Source of the DNA: Pecten maximus | Lineage: Eukaryota | Direction of reading: 5' to 3' | Assembly (NCBI RefSeq): GCF_902652985.1 | Contig: NC_047022.1 | Coordinates: 7,006,001 to 7,070,000 of the forward strand | Length of the DNA: 64,000 bases | Shown: one piece after another, positions 12,172-25,329 of the stretch | Position numbering within the stretch: the first letter of the stretch is position 1 | Layout: every line of letters begins with the position of its first letter | Position numbers and translations under genes: made by a program | Notes under the pieces: generated by a model | Told to the model about the DNA's origin: nothing | Seen by the model: the letters and a program-made list of their open reading frames with translations, nothing else | Databases searched by the model: none

Positions 12172-14040
12172 AGATATACACGTGCACGCGTAAGCTAATT
12201 TGCCAGTAATTAGAAAAACATCAGCTATTTCAACAACTAAGAAGTTGTCTAAATGATATTCCTGTAATACATGTACTACATGTACTTAATAATCTCCTTG
12301 TAGTACCAATTAATGTGGTAGTTACAAGCGTTTTACATTTATTGATTTTTGTTCTATTTCAGTAACTTTCGTGAATCTGCAATGTCAAGTCATCGTTCTA
12401 ATTCTAAAACATTTTCTGATAACTAAGGTGAATTTACTCTGTCATACGATTGATTTTACACATATACATACATATAATCATTTGTTTCATGTCCATTTTA
12501 TACTTCAATTCATATCTACATATAAATCTGAATAGAATAAGTTAATATATAATATTGTTTGCAAACAAGTTGGACAATATCTTTTTATGATATGCATTTA
12601 ACCATAGACTATCTCACACATATATATAACTTTGAAAATCGATACATTAATGGTTTACTTTAAAATTCAGTAGTATGATGTCAAATCATATCTTATTTGA
12701 AATCATTCTTTCTTTCAGATATAATATTTAGTATTTAATGTGTTTTTTTATACTGACACCTATGTACCGAAACTTGTTTATTTTAAAAATTCTTAATTTA
12801 AATACACAAAAATATTAGTCCATAAGTACATGTACACGTGTATAGGTATTGTCAAACAGCCAGATATTTACCAGACATGAAGTAAGCCAGGTTATTTGAT
12901 TTATATTGACCACATGTCTGTGGACTATTTTAAGTGCCAGGGGGTTAAATACCTGGCGTTAGCATGTATTATCTAATAATATTACGTAAATGTGTATATC
13001 ACCATGCCACGTGGACTACTGGACACGTGTATCTTTGGTATTTAAGTACCACATATTAAGTAGTTCGGGGCAGTAGTCGGGAGGCGGTCAACGGGCCACT
13101 CCAAGACAATGTCCTGGACTGAAAGCCCAGGATAATTCATTACACTACTGTTGGAATTATGTTTGTATGTTTACTATGTGTGTAAACCAGGATTAAAAAA
13201 AATTGTCAACCAAGGAGTGTACAATAATGACTTCACCAACATCTACGACATCTCCAGGAAGAAAGTAATACAAAACATTAAATATTATACCCATCCATTA
13301 TGTAAATAATAAAATGCTTACTTTAACGATATCATATCGTCAAAACAATTGTGAATTATTTGGGCCTTACGTTTACTCATTTAGCCAGAATCATTTAACG
13401 TCTCAAAAATGATAAAAATGATCCTCATGAATAAGTTTCCACTTTCTTAAAGCTATTAAGTATGATTGGCATAAACTGACAGCGACCTTCGGCTAATCAG
13501 TGCTGTAAACGGAAACCTTTATAATTACATGTATACCTTAATTATTCAAATTAATCCAATAAAAAGGAAAATAGCGGAACTGTTGCTGTCAGATTGATGT
13601 ACAATTCTACGTTCCTTATCACATCAAAAATATTGAATTTTGTATGTATTTCAACTTTTGTCAAAATGCTTTTGATTGTGATATTTCTAAGGAAACCTGG
13701 ATTTAAGCTACTGTATGTAACAGCCCATTAACGTTTAACTTTGTTCTGTTTCAGATGTTTATCTCAACATTCATTGATTCACTCTTGTGTTTGAGGAGAT
13801 GTGAGTTTAACGGCCATTGAGCAAACGATATTACGGATTACAGACGTTATGAAAGTAGTACGGGGTCTCTTAAGGAATGGATTGATTCATGTTATTACAA
13901 CACAGAAGTAGAGAGGCCGCTTACTAGCATGCCTCTTTTAGTAAAATTTTCTTCCAGTCTTTCAACCTCGAGCAATGAGAATAGCACATAACGGAGATAG
14001 TTAATGATTTTCTGAACAATAAAATAGGCTTTCCGAAATC

Positions 14041-15672
14041 ATGGACCTGGACAAGTACGATATTTGTGGCAAAGGATTTGATCTGAAATCATATACCAAC
14101 AGTCATGCGGTTGCACCTACCGACGAAAAACTTTACAAATGCGATTTATGTGATAAGAAATTTAAACTCTCTGCAAATCTTAGGAAACATAAAATCAGAC
14201 ATACTGGAGAAAAGACACACATATGTGATATCTGTGGTAAAGGATTTGGTCTTAAATCAGATCTCAGCCATCATCGGGCAGAACATATTGGTGAGAAACC
14301 TTACAAATGTGGTGTTTGTGGTAAGGGATTCGGTGGGAAAGCAGCTCTTAGCGTTCATCGGAAGGCCCATACAAGAGAGATACATTACAAATGTGATATT
14401 TGTGATAAAGAATACAGACGATCTTATGATCTAAAAAAACATAAAACAACACATACTAGAGAAAAAACATTCACATGCGATATTTGTGGTGAAGGCTTTC
14501 GTAGGAAATATAAGCTCCGTCGACATCGGACAACACATACCAGAGAGAAATCTTACAAATGTGATGTTTGTGGAAAGATATTTAGTTACGCATCTTTACT
14601 AAAGCAACATAACATGATACATACTGGAGAGAAGCCTTACACGTGTGATGTATGTGGTAAGGGATTTTGTCGGCCATATCCCCTTAAGCTACATCTGATA
14701 ACACATACTGGAGAGAACTTTTTACAATGGAATACTGATAACAAAGGATTAGGTCAGAAAATAGGTCCAAAGAGACATAAGATAAGCCAGGACATAGAAA
14801 AACGTCACAAATGTGATGTTTGTGGTAAGGCATTTTGTAAATTATATTTACTTAAGCTACATCAAGAAACGCATACCGAAGAGAAATCTCACAAATGTGA
14901 TATTTGTGGTAAGGGATTTAGACGACCATATGATCTGAAAACACATAAAATAACACATACTGGAGAGAAACCTTACAAATGTGATATTTGCGGAAGTGGA
15001 TTCGGTCACAAATCAACTCTTAAACGTCATCTGATAGCACATGTGATAAAGAATTCTTACAAATGTGATGTTTGTGGTGAACAATTAAGTCGATCATCAT
15101 CTTTTAAAAGACATAAATTAACACATACCGGGGGCATGTGTAACAAGGCAACTTATGACACGGCAGTTACAACAGATCAGATCTACTGTAGTGATGATAA
15201 GGTTAAATCAGTGTCCCTACAGCAAATTCCTCAAATGTCACAAAACACCACAAATTACACTAAACAAGCCGATAACTCTTTTCAAAACTTTGAAATGAGT
15301 GATGAAACTTGTGTTGATGAGCCTGTCAGTGTTTGTAAGGCTACCTGTATTAGCGGGAAAACCGGCGTTAGGGTAACTGAGACTCTCAGTGCAAGCGAGA
15401 ATGTCAGTGAAAGCGAGAAAGTCGGTGTAAGCGAGACAACTAATGTAAACGCTACGTCCATTGGCGGTATTGACAAAAGTGATGGCGGTAACGCCAGTGT
15501 TTCTGAGGCTTATGATGCTGGTATTGATAGACATGTAAGTAAATACACGTACTATAGTAATGTAATGTATCCCGGAATGAAGGTCCTGAAGACGGAGGAA
15601 GGTGTTCCGGTGATTACGTATAGCGTTGAGAATATGGTACAGCATTACTATGGAATACAGACTAGAAGGTGA
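14041..15672 (+). CDS. C2H2 zinc-finger protein, 543 aa, 11 intact and 2 degenerate fingers plus an S/T/E-rich tail
   Basis: Repeated CxxC-x12-HxxxH with TGEKP-type linkers, uninterrupted ORF, upstream splice acceptor tttgttctgtttcag at about 13754. Confidence 0.93.
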   Translation: MDLDKYDICGKGFDLKSYTNSHAVAPTDEKLYKCDLCDKKFKLSANLRKHKIRHTGEKTHICDICGKGFGLKSDLSHHRAEHIGEKPYKCGVCGKGFGGKAALSVHRKAHTREIHYKCDICDKEYRRSYDLKKHKTTHTREKTFTCDICGEGFRRKYKLRRHRTTHTREKSYKCDVCGKIFSYASLLKQHNMIHTGEKPYTCDVCGKGFCRPYPLKLHLITHTGENFLQWNTDNKGLGQKIGPKRHKISQDIEKRHKCDVCGKAFCKLYLLKLHQETHTEEKSHKCDICGKGFRRPYDLKTHKITHTGEKPYKCDICGSGFGHKSTLKRHLIAHVIKNSYKCDVCGEQLSRSSSFKRHKLTHTGGMCNKATYDTAVTTDQIYCSDDKVKSVSLQQIPQMSQNTTNYTKQADNSFQNFEMSDETCVDEPVSVCKATCISGKTGVRVTETLSASENVSESEKVGVSETTNVNATSIGGIDKSDGGNASVSEAYDAGIDRHVSKYTYYSNVMYPGMKVLKTEEGVPVITYSVENMVQHYYGIQTRR

Positions 15673-16249
15673 ATAAGGATGAATACAATTGATAATTTTC
15701 ATGGTGTAATGTGGCTGAAAACAAATAACGATAAATGCTGGTAACTGGGTAGTGTGTAGAACACCATTATTCGGACATGCAGTACTCCAGTACCAGTAGT
15801 CGACAAACTTATGGTATGGTCTTGATAGAGTCCTAATATATCCTACAGGTGCATATCCGATACTTTTTAACTGTGTCACAAATGGCTGCATCTGACCATG
15901 GAGTACTGCTGTCGATCGAAGCGTGTGCACATGTGTCGGAAAAGCAGGTTTGTTTTTCCTGTGAATGATGTGATGGTTCTATACCGACACTACAAAGTTT
16001 TTATTAAAGTAAGAAACAATATTATAAATGTTGATAATTGACATGCTTTTCATCAAGTCTTTATTGTTTGCTGACATAATAACATTTTGTATAAAATCAA
16101 ATCCCCCCAAAAACTTTAAAATGAAGCAAATGGTGGTCTGGTGTTGCTGGAAAAGTGTCTTCTTGCTCCTGTAATGCTTGCTGTAATTGTGGCGATGGTC
16201 CTTCAATAGGTGATTTCTTTAAGGAAGGTGCTCATTATAAGTTCTTCTG

Positions 16250-16362
16250 ATGGCGTTGATTCTTGTAATGGCGTCGATCGTGTAGTGTTTGTGCAGATTT
16301 TTGTAATGGCCTTGATCCTTGTAATGGCCTTGATCTTTTTAATGGCGTTGATCGTATAGTGG
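16250..16362. repeat. Degenerate 18-bp tandem repeat (gtaatggccttgatcctt)
   Basis: About 5 units, e.g. at 16303, 16321 and 16339. Confidence 0.7.
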
Positions 16363-17434
16363 TGGTCTTCTTGGAACGTCAGCAATGTCGCGGCGCCAAA
16401 TGTGAACTACACGTTGTATAGTCACTTGTAGAATGTTGTGTATGGTGTATGTAGATGACTATAAGAATGATGATCGACGCCGTAGACTCTTCTTCGTATT
16501 TATTATGTACAAGTCCTATACATATATGGTATTTACAAAGTACATGTTCAGTGAGGTCGAGAGTGTCCCCGCCCGGCCTACTGGCCGGACTGTCCCGAGG
16601 ACTAGTCACCTATCTCTCTCTCCTTCCTAACTTACTCTTCGTGTCCCAATGCTTACTTTTATGCTAGGGACGATGTGAATTACATAATCCAAATCACTAA
16701 ATACTAGGTAAATATATAACTCGTGTCCAAATAGACAGAGTTCTCATGTAAATGGCATTGTATACCCGGGGCAGTGTCCGTGTCAACAGGTAGTAGCCAC
16801 GTTTACAAATATACTGCCCTTTGGACATACCGTGCCATCTGAATATAAATTTCCGAATTCGTAATAATTTTTTTATAAATTTCAAAATAAATCATTATAC
16901 TTCATACTGATTACTAATACAATAGATAACTGTGTATCGAAATACATTTTTTTTTCAACGATTGCTTATTAACCGTGCAAAAATGGTCACAATAATTTCT
17001 AGTAATGTAGACCGACCCTTCGGGTTCCCTCTGATAGATTTCCTTTTTTTAAATGTTCAATGTACTTATCACAAAAAGCACATAAAAACATATAACACCA
17101 CGTTCGTTTTACTACCAGGGCCACATAATGATATGTATTAATTGATAGCTGAACCATATTTTTTTAAGGATTTTGGTAGATTTTTTTCTTTCCCCAATAA
17201 TATCCACCTAAAGCATAACAAGAAGTTTATATCCTATTCATATCATTCGTATGAGCAATATCATTCATAATTGTCAAAAAAGAGAAGATTCTTTGGATGG
17301 TTAACAAAATATTGCTAATTCATACGAAAAGCCTATTATTTTAGTGAGAAATTGTCTAAGAAAAAAAACACGTTTGTTTGTTTTTGTTTGTTTGTTTAAT
17401 TTGTTTGTTTTTTGTTCTTATTTTCTTCTTTTTT

Positions 17435-17459
17435 GGGGGGGGGGGGGGGGGGGGGGGGG
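17435..17459. repeat. Poly-G tract
   Basis: 25 consecutive G. Confidence 0.95.
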
Positions 17460-18228
17460 TCTAATAAACAGAAAAATGACCCCTTTTTCTGGCTTAATTC
17501 AAAATTCTATTTTTATGCTTTAAAAAAATACACCTCACCATATTGCTTTTTTTTAAAGCATGGCCGTTTACTTTACTGGTAACCCAAACATTTTGCTTCA
17601 TGTATGGCTCAAATTAACAAATTCAAGCAATTATTTTGGAATATGAGATTAATGGTGTTTTTTCTTAAATCTTAACCATTTTCTTTCCTTAATCATGTTG
17701 TAATCTATGTTACTGGTGATTTTTTTTTCTTCTCTAAAAGAATTTTATTTATTGATTTACCAAACACAATTAACCTTTTCCAAATATGTTCCTCCTTTCC
17801 GGATGAGAATTAGAACATGACACTAACGGTCCTTCAGACGCTTGCGTCTAATACGCTATGTCAAACGAAGCGTATCGGTGATACAGAATGCCAGACGTAT
17901 GCGATAATGTAATATTTGTGGTGATGCAAGACTCATATCTTCCGCGTCATTACACGACTGATATTAGTTTTATATTGCATGTGTTTCGGATTTACCGTAC
18001 CTAGATCATTAAAAACGATACTATCATACTGTATCATTCCAGTACCTGTCCGCGCGAGTTATAGGTGTACTGTTAACATTGACGTCGCTATCAAGCTAAA
18101 ATATCCAGCGAACTTAACATCATTGTTCTGGATGTTAAGGGCATGTATGTGCCATTTGGCGGATAAACAGGGTTTAACTTCTGCATTATACTTTCATTTA
18201 AAATAGCCTAGAATCTCGGTGCACATAG

Positions 18229-19679
18229 GGCCAAATAAAATTATAATTGTGTTTTCCATTTCGGCTCCGAAAAAAATAAGGTAGGAAGGTAGGACAAACC
18301 CATGAATTTATTTCATTTTTTATTTCATTCCTTTCCCGACCAAAACCTTTATGTTTTATTTGAAGGTAATCCATATTTTGATATATGATTTAAAATTACT
18401 AAGTACAGTCAAACTTCGATGTTTCGAAGTTCAAGGGACTAACAGAAAAACTTCGAAACAGCGGGACTTCGAATTATTCATGGTTGACAATAGATTGATG
18501 TTTTCTTGATAATGACCATATCTGTTAACGTTTTACATGTCCTCAGTGTCTTCGTGTTGATCGTCGCCTGTCAGGCTCACATCGAAAAGTTTAGTTAATT
18601 TATACCTCAAACACAACAAAATAAAAATTCTTTTCATTAATTTTACCTAAGCATTTTATTAATTAAACAAAATTTGTATCGGTTACAAAACGCTTATATC
18701 GCGTTTAACAGATAAAGCAAAAGAAGTACAATGCACACTACGTAAGTCGTTAGGCTTTTCTGCTAAAGACACGTACGTTTACGTTATGTGCATATAAAAT
18801 ACGGAATGCCGATCGGTTGGAGAATGCATGATTGAATGACAAATAATCGATTTACTTGGATATTTATGTATAAGTTTGAAACGTGACACTTTGAATATGA
18901 GTGAAGCCATCGCTAATTGTTTGTGTTTAAAATTGGTCCGGTTGTTTTACAGTTCCGTAAAATTTACTCACCGACCGCTGATTTCAATGGCGGCGGAGAT
19001 TATCAGAGGCGACTACCGAAATGTTTTACCGGAGTGATTAAATGTCATGGCTTCTAAATACACCTTTTATCTATCAATTTGGTCTGATTATTAATTAACC
19101 CCATGACCGGGAGTGACAACACACGCTATCCTTATCCCTATTGTCAGTCAGGGCATTTGGGGGAGAGGTGTGAAATCTTGCCGCAGGGGTCAAGACAAAC
19201 ACCTGTCAGTGGTCAGTACAGGTAAATTTTTTGTTCGAATCATGAGATGTCAATTACCTATAATATCATAGCTAACGGGTCATGAAAAAAGTTCGATACA
19301 TCGAAAACTTCGATTTATAAAAATTCGAATCATACATAGTTTCGTTAGTAGTGTTATATAGTGAGAAAATTCGGGACCAAGCAAAAAGTTCGATACAGCG
19401 AGAAATTCGAATCAACGAAGTTCGAATCATCGAGGTTTGACTGTAGATACATGTAGCGTCAACATTCACAACTCTTTGTTTATTCATAACTGTTACATTA
19501 AATTTCATCTGAAAAACACCTTTGATGAAATGAAATTCAATGTTCAGTCTACTACTATTTAAGCCTACAAATATGTAAGCCAACCAATTAATTGGCAGTT
19601 GTATCAAAAAAATAAATAAATAAATAAATAAAAAGGGTACGTCGGGAAAGGGGAAACACAATTAAAATTTTATTTGGCC
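18229..19679. mobile_element. Zator-like MITE interrupted by a pogo-like MITE
   Basis: TIR GGCCAAATAAAATT(A/T)TAATTGTGTTT at both ends, flanked by TAG and TAA triplets. Superfamily call is tentative. Confidence 0.75.
18406..19443. mobile_element. Tc1/mariner-pogo type MITE
   Basis: TA|CAGTCAAACTTCGATG ... ATCGAGGTTTGACTG|TA with many subterminal TTCGA repeats. Confidence 0.88.
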
Positions 19680-20509
19680 TAACAATGATTGCACGACACC
19701 AAATAATTGTTTTCTTTATTGTATCAGTTTAATATCAAGTTCTTGAGCCTTTGGTGATAAAATATTAACATACAAAAATACAACTTCAGCAGAATACTAT
19801 CAAGAATGTGTATAAAAGAAATTTATAACTTACATGTGCATTAGTGTCATACTCATGGTACATTTACTAATGAATAAAATATATATGCATACAAATTCTT
19901 GTTGTGTGTTACATGTATTGTTTGATTTCTGATGGGAAAAAAAGAACATTTTATATCAAAATATTTCTGATAAAGGATCATGAGCATTTCCAATTAATCA
20001 TATATATATATACATTTATATACATCGTATTTGGATTGATAATTGCTTGAATTTGTACTTGACAATCCGTCGTCCGTTTTTCTTATGATCTATTTATAAA
20101 ACTGCTCGAACCTGGTAGAGAGCTCCCCATAGAGTGAAAGAAACGTGATTTATACAATTAGGCAATATTTATAATATTTCCTGACTTGATATAAATTGTC
20201 TCCGCTGACTTAGCTATATGGTCGTCACACATTGGCACATTATGTGATACATCGGCGCTGTCCTTGTTTTCAATGGACCATCTTTTTGTTCTAACTTCAT
20301 TGAAAGCATCAGCCTTACCTAAGATAGTCTTTAAGTTTTACAAAACTGACCCCTTATTTAATAATCAAGAATTAACCTCATATAACTCGAACACGTCGTT
20401 TTCCTTCGAGATCGAGTTAGCGGGGTTTTAATGTAAGTAAAGAAGGCAGTTATAATGTACAGGTAAATGAGTAGTGTTCAATTGAATAATGTTAATTATT
20501 TCTGTGAAA

Positions 20510-21084
20510 GGAACAGAACTCCACGAGAGCGATGATGACGATGATGATAGTACTGACCCGGAAACACGTCAAGATTACAGATCGCGAGGCCCGCGAATGC
20601 CTCGACAAGTTGAAGTCATTCGTTCAAAATCAAAATGATATTCAAGATTGTGTTTTTTGAAAAATCTCTTGGACCTGAATATATTTGTAGGTAATGTCAG
20701 CTCGGAAAAAGAAAAAGAAACACTGGTTAGTGATTTGTTCGCAGCTGTAAAAAGTGATTAGCGCGACCGTGTAGCCGTTGTAGGCCTATTGTGTATTGGC
20801 AGGCTAACTGTAAATAACTAAAGACTGAACGCCACACACTTACAATGTACAATGTTTTAAACGTTTTATTTTTGATATTAAATAATTAAATCAAAATGCA
20901 GTTTTGTTTATTTTTAGTGAGGAATGCGTAACATGAAACTTGTGTATACAAACATACATGTACGAAGTGTACATGTGATACATGGTGTGGCATTTTGGAA
21001 ATACGACCCGACATAATACGCAACCCGTATATCACGGACACATTTGAGGGGTCCCCAGAAATTCGTCATAACCGGGTTGGACTG
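20510..21084 (+). mobile_element. Tigger/pogo relic: transposase C-terminus and right TIR
   Basis: Frameshifted ESDDDDDDSTDP..ITDREA..ECLDKLKSF..TLVSDLF, then a CCGGGTTGGACTG|TA end. Confidence 0.6.
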
Positions 21085-21569
21085 TAATTGTCAAATCAAA
21101 AAAAAATAAAGTATATACTCACAACATTGACAAAACTGACACACGCCAGTGATGAAATAATAGACATAACCTCATCGTTTTTGCTATTAATTTGTGAAAC
21201 TGATCTCAACCGACAACTCCATTTCACGCCATGAAAGTTCCACGGTATATCAGACAATGTGTATGCAAATGCGGTTTTCTAGACATATACTATATGTGCA
21301 TATTGATATACAATTTGATGATATCGAATGATATTCGGAATGGTCATATATCAGTTGTCCCCATGGAGGAAAACCAATTCAATTTTTAAACGTTATTTGT
21401 ACTTTAAACCAATTATATTTAGTTAAAACGCATTGACTGTCTTAATTTATAGATTTATTGACCTAACAATCTTATTAATCAAATTTCCTCCAACCATTTC
21501 CCCCCAAAAGTATTAACTTGTCTTTTTGAGTCGAAACTTACTGTATACACTGTTTGCGCCCCCTTTTTA

Positions 21570-21775
21570 GGGGCCGCGGTGGCCGAGCGGTTAAGGTGTC
21601 CGGACACTTTAACACTAGCCCTCCACCTCTGGGTTGCGAGTTCGAAACCTACGTGGGGCAGTTGCCAGTTACTGACCGTTGGCCGGTGGTTTTTTCTTCG
21701 GGTACTCCGGCTTTCCTCCACCTCCAAAACCTGGCACGTCCTTAAATGACCCTGTAGGACGTAAAACAAACCAAA
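21570..21775 (+). mobile_element. tRNA-derived SINE, family A, full length (V-domain-like core)
   Basis: A-box TGGCCGAGCGG, B-box GTTCGAAAC, AAACC tail. Imperfect TSD TTGCGCCCC(C)TTTT at 21554 and 21776. Confidence 0.92.
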
Positions 21776-23899
21776 TTGCGCCCCTTTTGATAATAGTATT
21801 TACTCAAATATCGTACCACTCCGAAACGTAAATCATTCATATTATTACAAATTAGTACAAATGGCCGACTAGTTTATGGGTATATGGCTGCATTGTCACT
21901 TCTATGTAAACTATATTTATTTTCGTGAAAAAGACAGTCATGATATTGTACCCGGTAATATAAATATATTGAAAATAATTTCTTCAAATATCAGATTGTT
22001 GAAATTAAGATGCAGATAAGTCTTGTTTTGGACCCGTAGGAATATGTATATATTCTTCAGGATATATTTCATTTAGCAAATTTTAAAGTGATAACAATTT
22101 TGAGGAATACCATTCATTAACCAGTCGTTTCCACGAATTTGTGTCAATGTTCGGAAACTAGAAAATTTACTCCTATAACATAAGAGGCCGCTGGTCGGCT
22201 CTTTTTCTATCGGAACTGTCTATTTCTAATCTAAAAGAACATTCTTGTAATCAGACAACATACAAACATTTATCTTTGAATTTCCGTTGGACCAAACATA
22301 TTTTAAATTTCAATATTTGGGTTTTATGGGGGAAAAAGGTGAAAAACCTGAACTTGTGAAAAGTATAACTTTTTACACGGAATGCTGAAATATCGTCATT
22401 GAAGCATGCTATTGTCCCTATGCAACATCAATGCGCTAGCGACAACTGAAACCTATTCTATTGGTTTGTATGTCTGTCGTTACGAAATAAGTTTGACTTT
22501 GGTGGCTTTTGATACTTTGTCATATGGATTGAATATATGGTGGAACTGATCGAGGTGCTACGTATCAGTTTCCTGAATGATCACTTTCAGAACAATAATA
22601 CAAATATAGAACACGCATTTTGTAACAACCATTATGGTAAAATTGTGTAAAACGGAAGTCACAATATCCAAAATCATCGGTGTACGTTCGATGAATCTTA
22701 CAAACCCTTTACATCAGTATTAGCAGAGACGTATATACCAGAGATTCGAAGGATAGGTAAATCTCGCAACATCACGCATGTCCCGTTTGTTATCTGGAGC
22801 GGAAGCTTTATGTCGCGAGATTTGGCTGTGCGCCTGCGCCTAACACTGAACCTAGTGTTAGATCAAGGCTCAGATCGTCCAGTGACACAGTGACGGACCG
22901 TAAATAATATCAATTACTATTGTTTTGTTCAGATAAAGTTTACCTAAAATCGCCGGGTGTAACAAAACAAAAAAATCTAAGTTTTGACTGTCATAGTTTG
23001 AGACGTTAAAACAGTTTCCGGACGGATACTATTTTTACTATGACAAAGTTTAGAGGATTTTTTAGTGTGTCTTATCACAGACCCGGTGATACCAAAAACG
23101 TACATCCGTTGTACGTACGGCGTACGTACGTGAAGATAAATCATAACATGCCCGCGATCTGTTTGTAAATAAACACAAGTCAAAATCAAACGCAGTGTAA
23201 TAAACAAAATACGAATCATATAGAACTTACCTTGAATTACTGATCTGTATTCGGGAAGAAAGTTGATTCCATATGTTATTTTGAAAGCAAATACATAATC
23301 CAGTATAGCAAGTCAACAGTCCGATTGAAATGTGTGTGTGTACGGCCCACGTGTGTTTGCCGAACAAAGAACCGGAAGTTAAAATTACCGCGCAAATATC
23401 AATACTCGTTTTTCTTCTCTCTATCTATTTCTTTTCCCGAAAAAAAATTGCAACGGTTTCAACCCAAACATGATATTTTCATGCAGTTAAAACTGAAATT
23501 AAAGTCGTTTAAAAAAATATTTTTGCAATGAATGTGAATGTTTGTATTGCACCCTGGCGGATATATATTGCAACATAAAGGGAGGTAACACCGATTTGTT
23601 ATCGTAACCTTGTAAGTTCGTTTGATCACATTTATTTGTATAAAAGGAGGTCTAACAGCAAAATTGGATCAGGAAAGGATCAATGATCGATATTATATCA
23701 TTAGGGCACATTATAGGCGACGTAGGTTGCTTTTAAACTAATCTAAACATATTCATTATTGACAAATAAAATTTCGAGCAAATTAGATAATTAAATTTAT
23801 CTTTATCATGAAATTTTATGTTTTCGTTCGGTATGTCTTTGGCATTTGTGTAAACTTGCAAGCCTTTTAAAATTAACATCAAATACACAAAGTTTGCAT

Positions 23900-24054
23900 T
23901 AAAACCTTGTTACAACGTTGTTACAACGTTAAAAGCTAACGTTGCACTAACGTTTGACATAAAACGTTCTCACAACGTTGTAAGAAAGTCCCGGACGTTG
24001 TGACCTGAAAAGGACGTTTTCCGGACGTTCTCCGAACGTTTTGTGTCCACTGGG
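23900..24054. mobile_element. One end of an EnSpm/CACTA-like element with AACGTT subterminal repeats
   Basis: About 10 (A/G)ACGTT repeats ending in TGTGTCCACTGGG (reverse CCCAGTGGACACA). Partner end not seen. Confidence 0.55.
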
Positions 24055-24729
24055 ATATGTACATAAATTAACCGACCGTAATATCTTTCTCGTAATATTT
24101 TTTGTCTATGCATATCATTCCTGATTTTGATTTTCCTAAAAAGTTTGACATTGTATGTTCCTCAATGACTACTTGAAAAAGGGACATATAAGATATGTAT
24201 GTCCCTGCTTGATAATACCGCTGATAAAAATAGCGTTTGATACCTCCTGACATTGGCAACAGACAATTATACAACTATCAAATTATTAGGAACATGTGTG
24301 AATGTGCTTGTGTACTCATCACCGTTTGTCAACATGTCACCCGATCACAGCCAGGTAATTAGTTGTGAATTTTATCACAGGTAAGTTGTAAGATTCCTTT
24401 GAACTGCAGCCAGAGAACTTTAGATCACAGTTCTACCTGTACCGGCATTGAAGATACATGTATAAGCTGTAGGTAAAACCGTCCATGCCCGGAGGGGGTT
24501 GGGGTTTGGGGTGTTAATATGGTGACATCTAGCTGGAGGTGGTCAATTAACGTACATACTGGGTGGCACAGGACGCAACAAGCAGACGCATTTTTCACAT
24601 TCACAATGAATCAATTTATGGTAAATTAATAAGTATTGTGTTAAAATAATATATAAAATGGTGTATTTGTAATAATCAGTTTGAAATTAAGAGCATCCTT
24701 GTATGAAATCTCAAGGAAGATATATCATT

Positions 24730-25329
24730 TAACAGATACAACTTCGAATTCACTTCCCTAGAAAAAACCGTATTTAGGACCGTTTTGGTCATTTTGAGAA
24801 TTAAGAGATTAAGAAGAATGTCCATCACTTAGTAGCGTAGCATTCAACAGATTAAAGTTCACTTAACTAGAAAAAAAGGAGTATCCTGGACCGTTTTGGT
24901 AATTTTGACCCATCACTTAGTAGCGTGTTAATTTGTGTCTTCCTCATCACGTGAAAGTGCCGGATTTCTGATATAAAATAAAGTATTTTCTAAACGTCTG
25001 ACCGATTTGAAATGAAAACCAACAAGGTATGAAATGTCAAATAAAATAAAGCATTCAACAGATTAAATTTCACTTCACTAGAAAAAAGGAATATCCAGGA
25101 CCTTTTGGAAAATTTTGACCCAAAGCTTGAATAACATGCTAATTTGTGTCTTCCTCGTCACGTGAAAGTGCCCGATTTCTGATATAAAATAAAGTATTTT
25201 CTAAACGTTTGACCGAATTGAAATTAAGAACAACAATGAATGAAATGTCAAATAAAATAAAGCATTCAACAGTTTAAAGTTCACTTCACTAAAAAAAAAA
25301 GGAGTATCCTGGACCGTTTTGGTAATTTT
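24730..25329. repeat. 211-bp tandem repeat (satellite-like), about 2.5 copies, resuming at 26880
   Basis: gcattcaacag at 24840, 25051 and 25262. Confidence 0.92.

Larger units (their letters stand above)
9148..13116. repeat. Inverted repeat pair, about 280 bp: 9148-9930 (interrupted by a SINE) and 12837-13116
   Basis: caggacattgtcttggagtggcccgttgaccgcctcccg at 9148 is the reverse complement of about 13078-13116; similarity continues to 9930/12837. Confidence 0.9.
10795..15840 (+). repeat. Segmental duplication unit 1 (paralog of about 35275-41815)
   Basis: Collinear blocks: 10795-10843/35275-35323, 11600-11800/35720-35920, 12172-12330/35926-36075, 13550-14000/38790-39240, plus the ZNF CDS and 3'UTR. 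Confidence 0.88.

Noticed and set aside
15238-15930. 230-aa minus-strand ORF (and 41223-41745 equivalents)
   Set aside because: Antisense to the ZNF tail, not kept open in the paralog, no recognisable domain.
21570-21660. tRNA gene
   Set aside because: A and B boxes are present, but the sequence continues into a repeated SINE body with a tail and TSD, and no proper cloverleaf is evident.
22085-23530. Kolobok-like non-autonomous element
   Set aside because: Composition suggests a repeat, but no matching TIR pair or TSD could be identified by eye.
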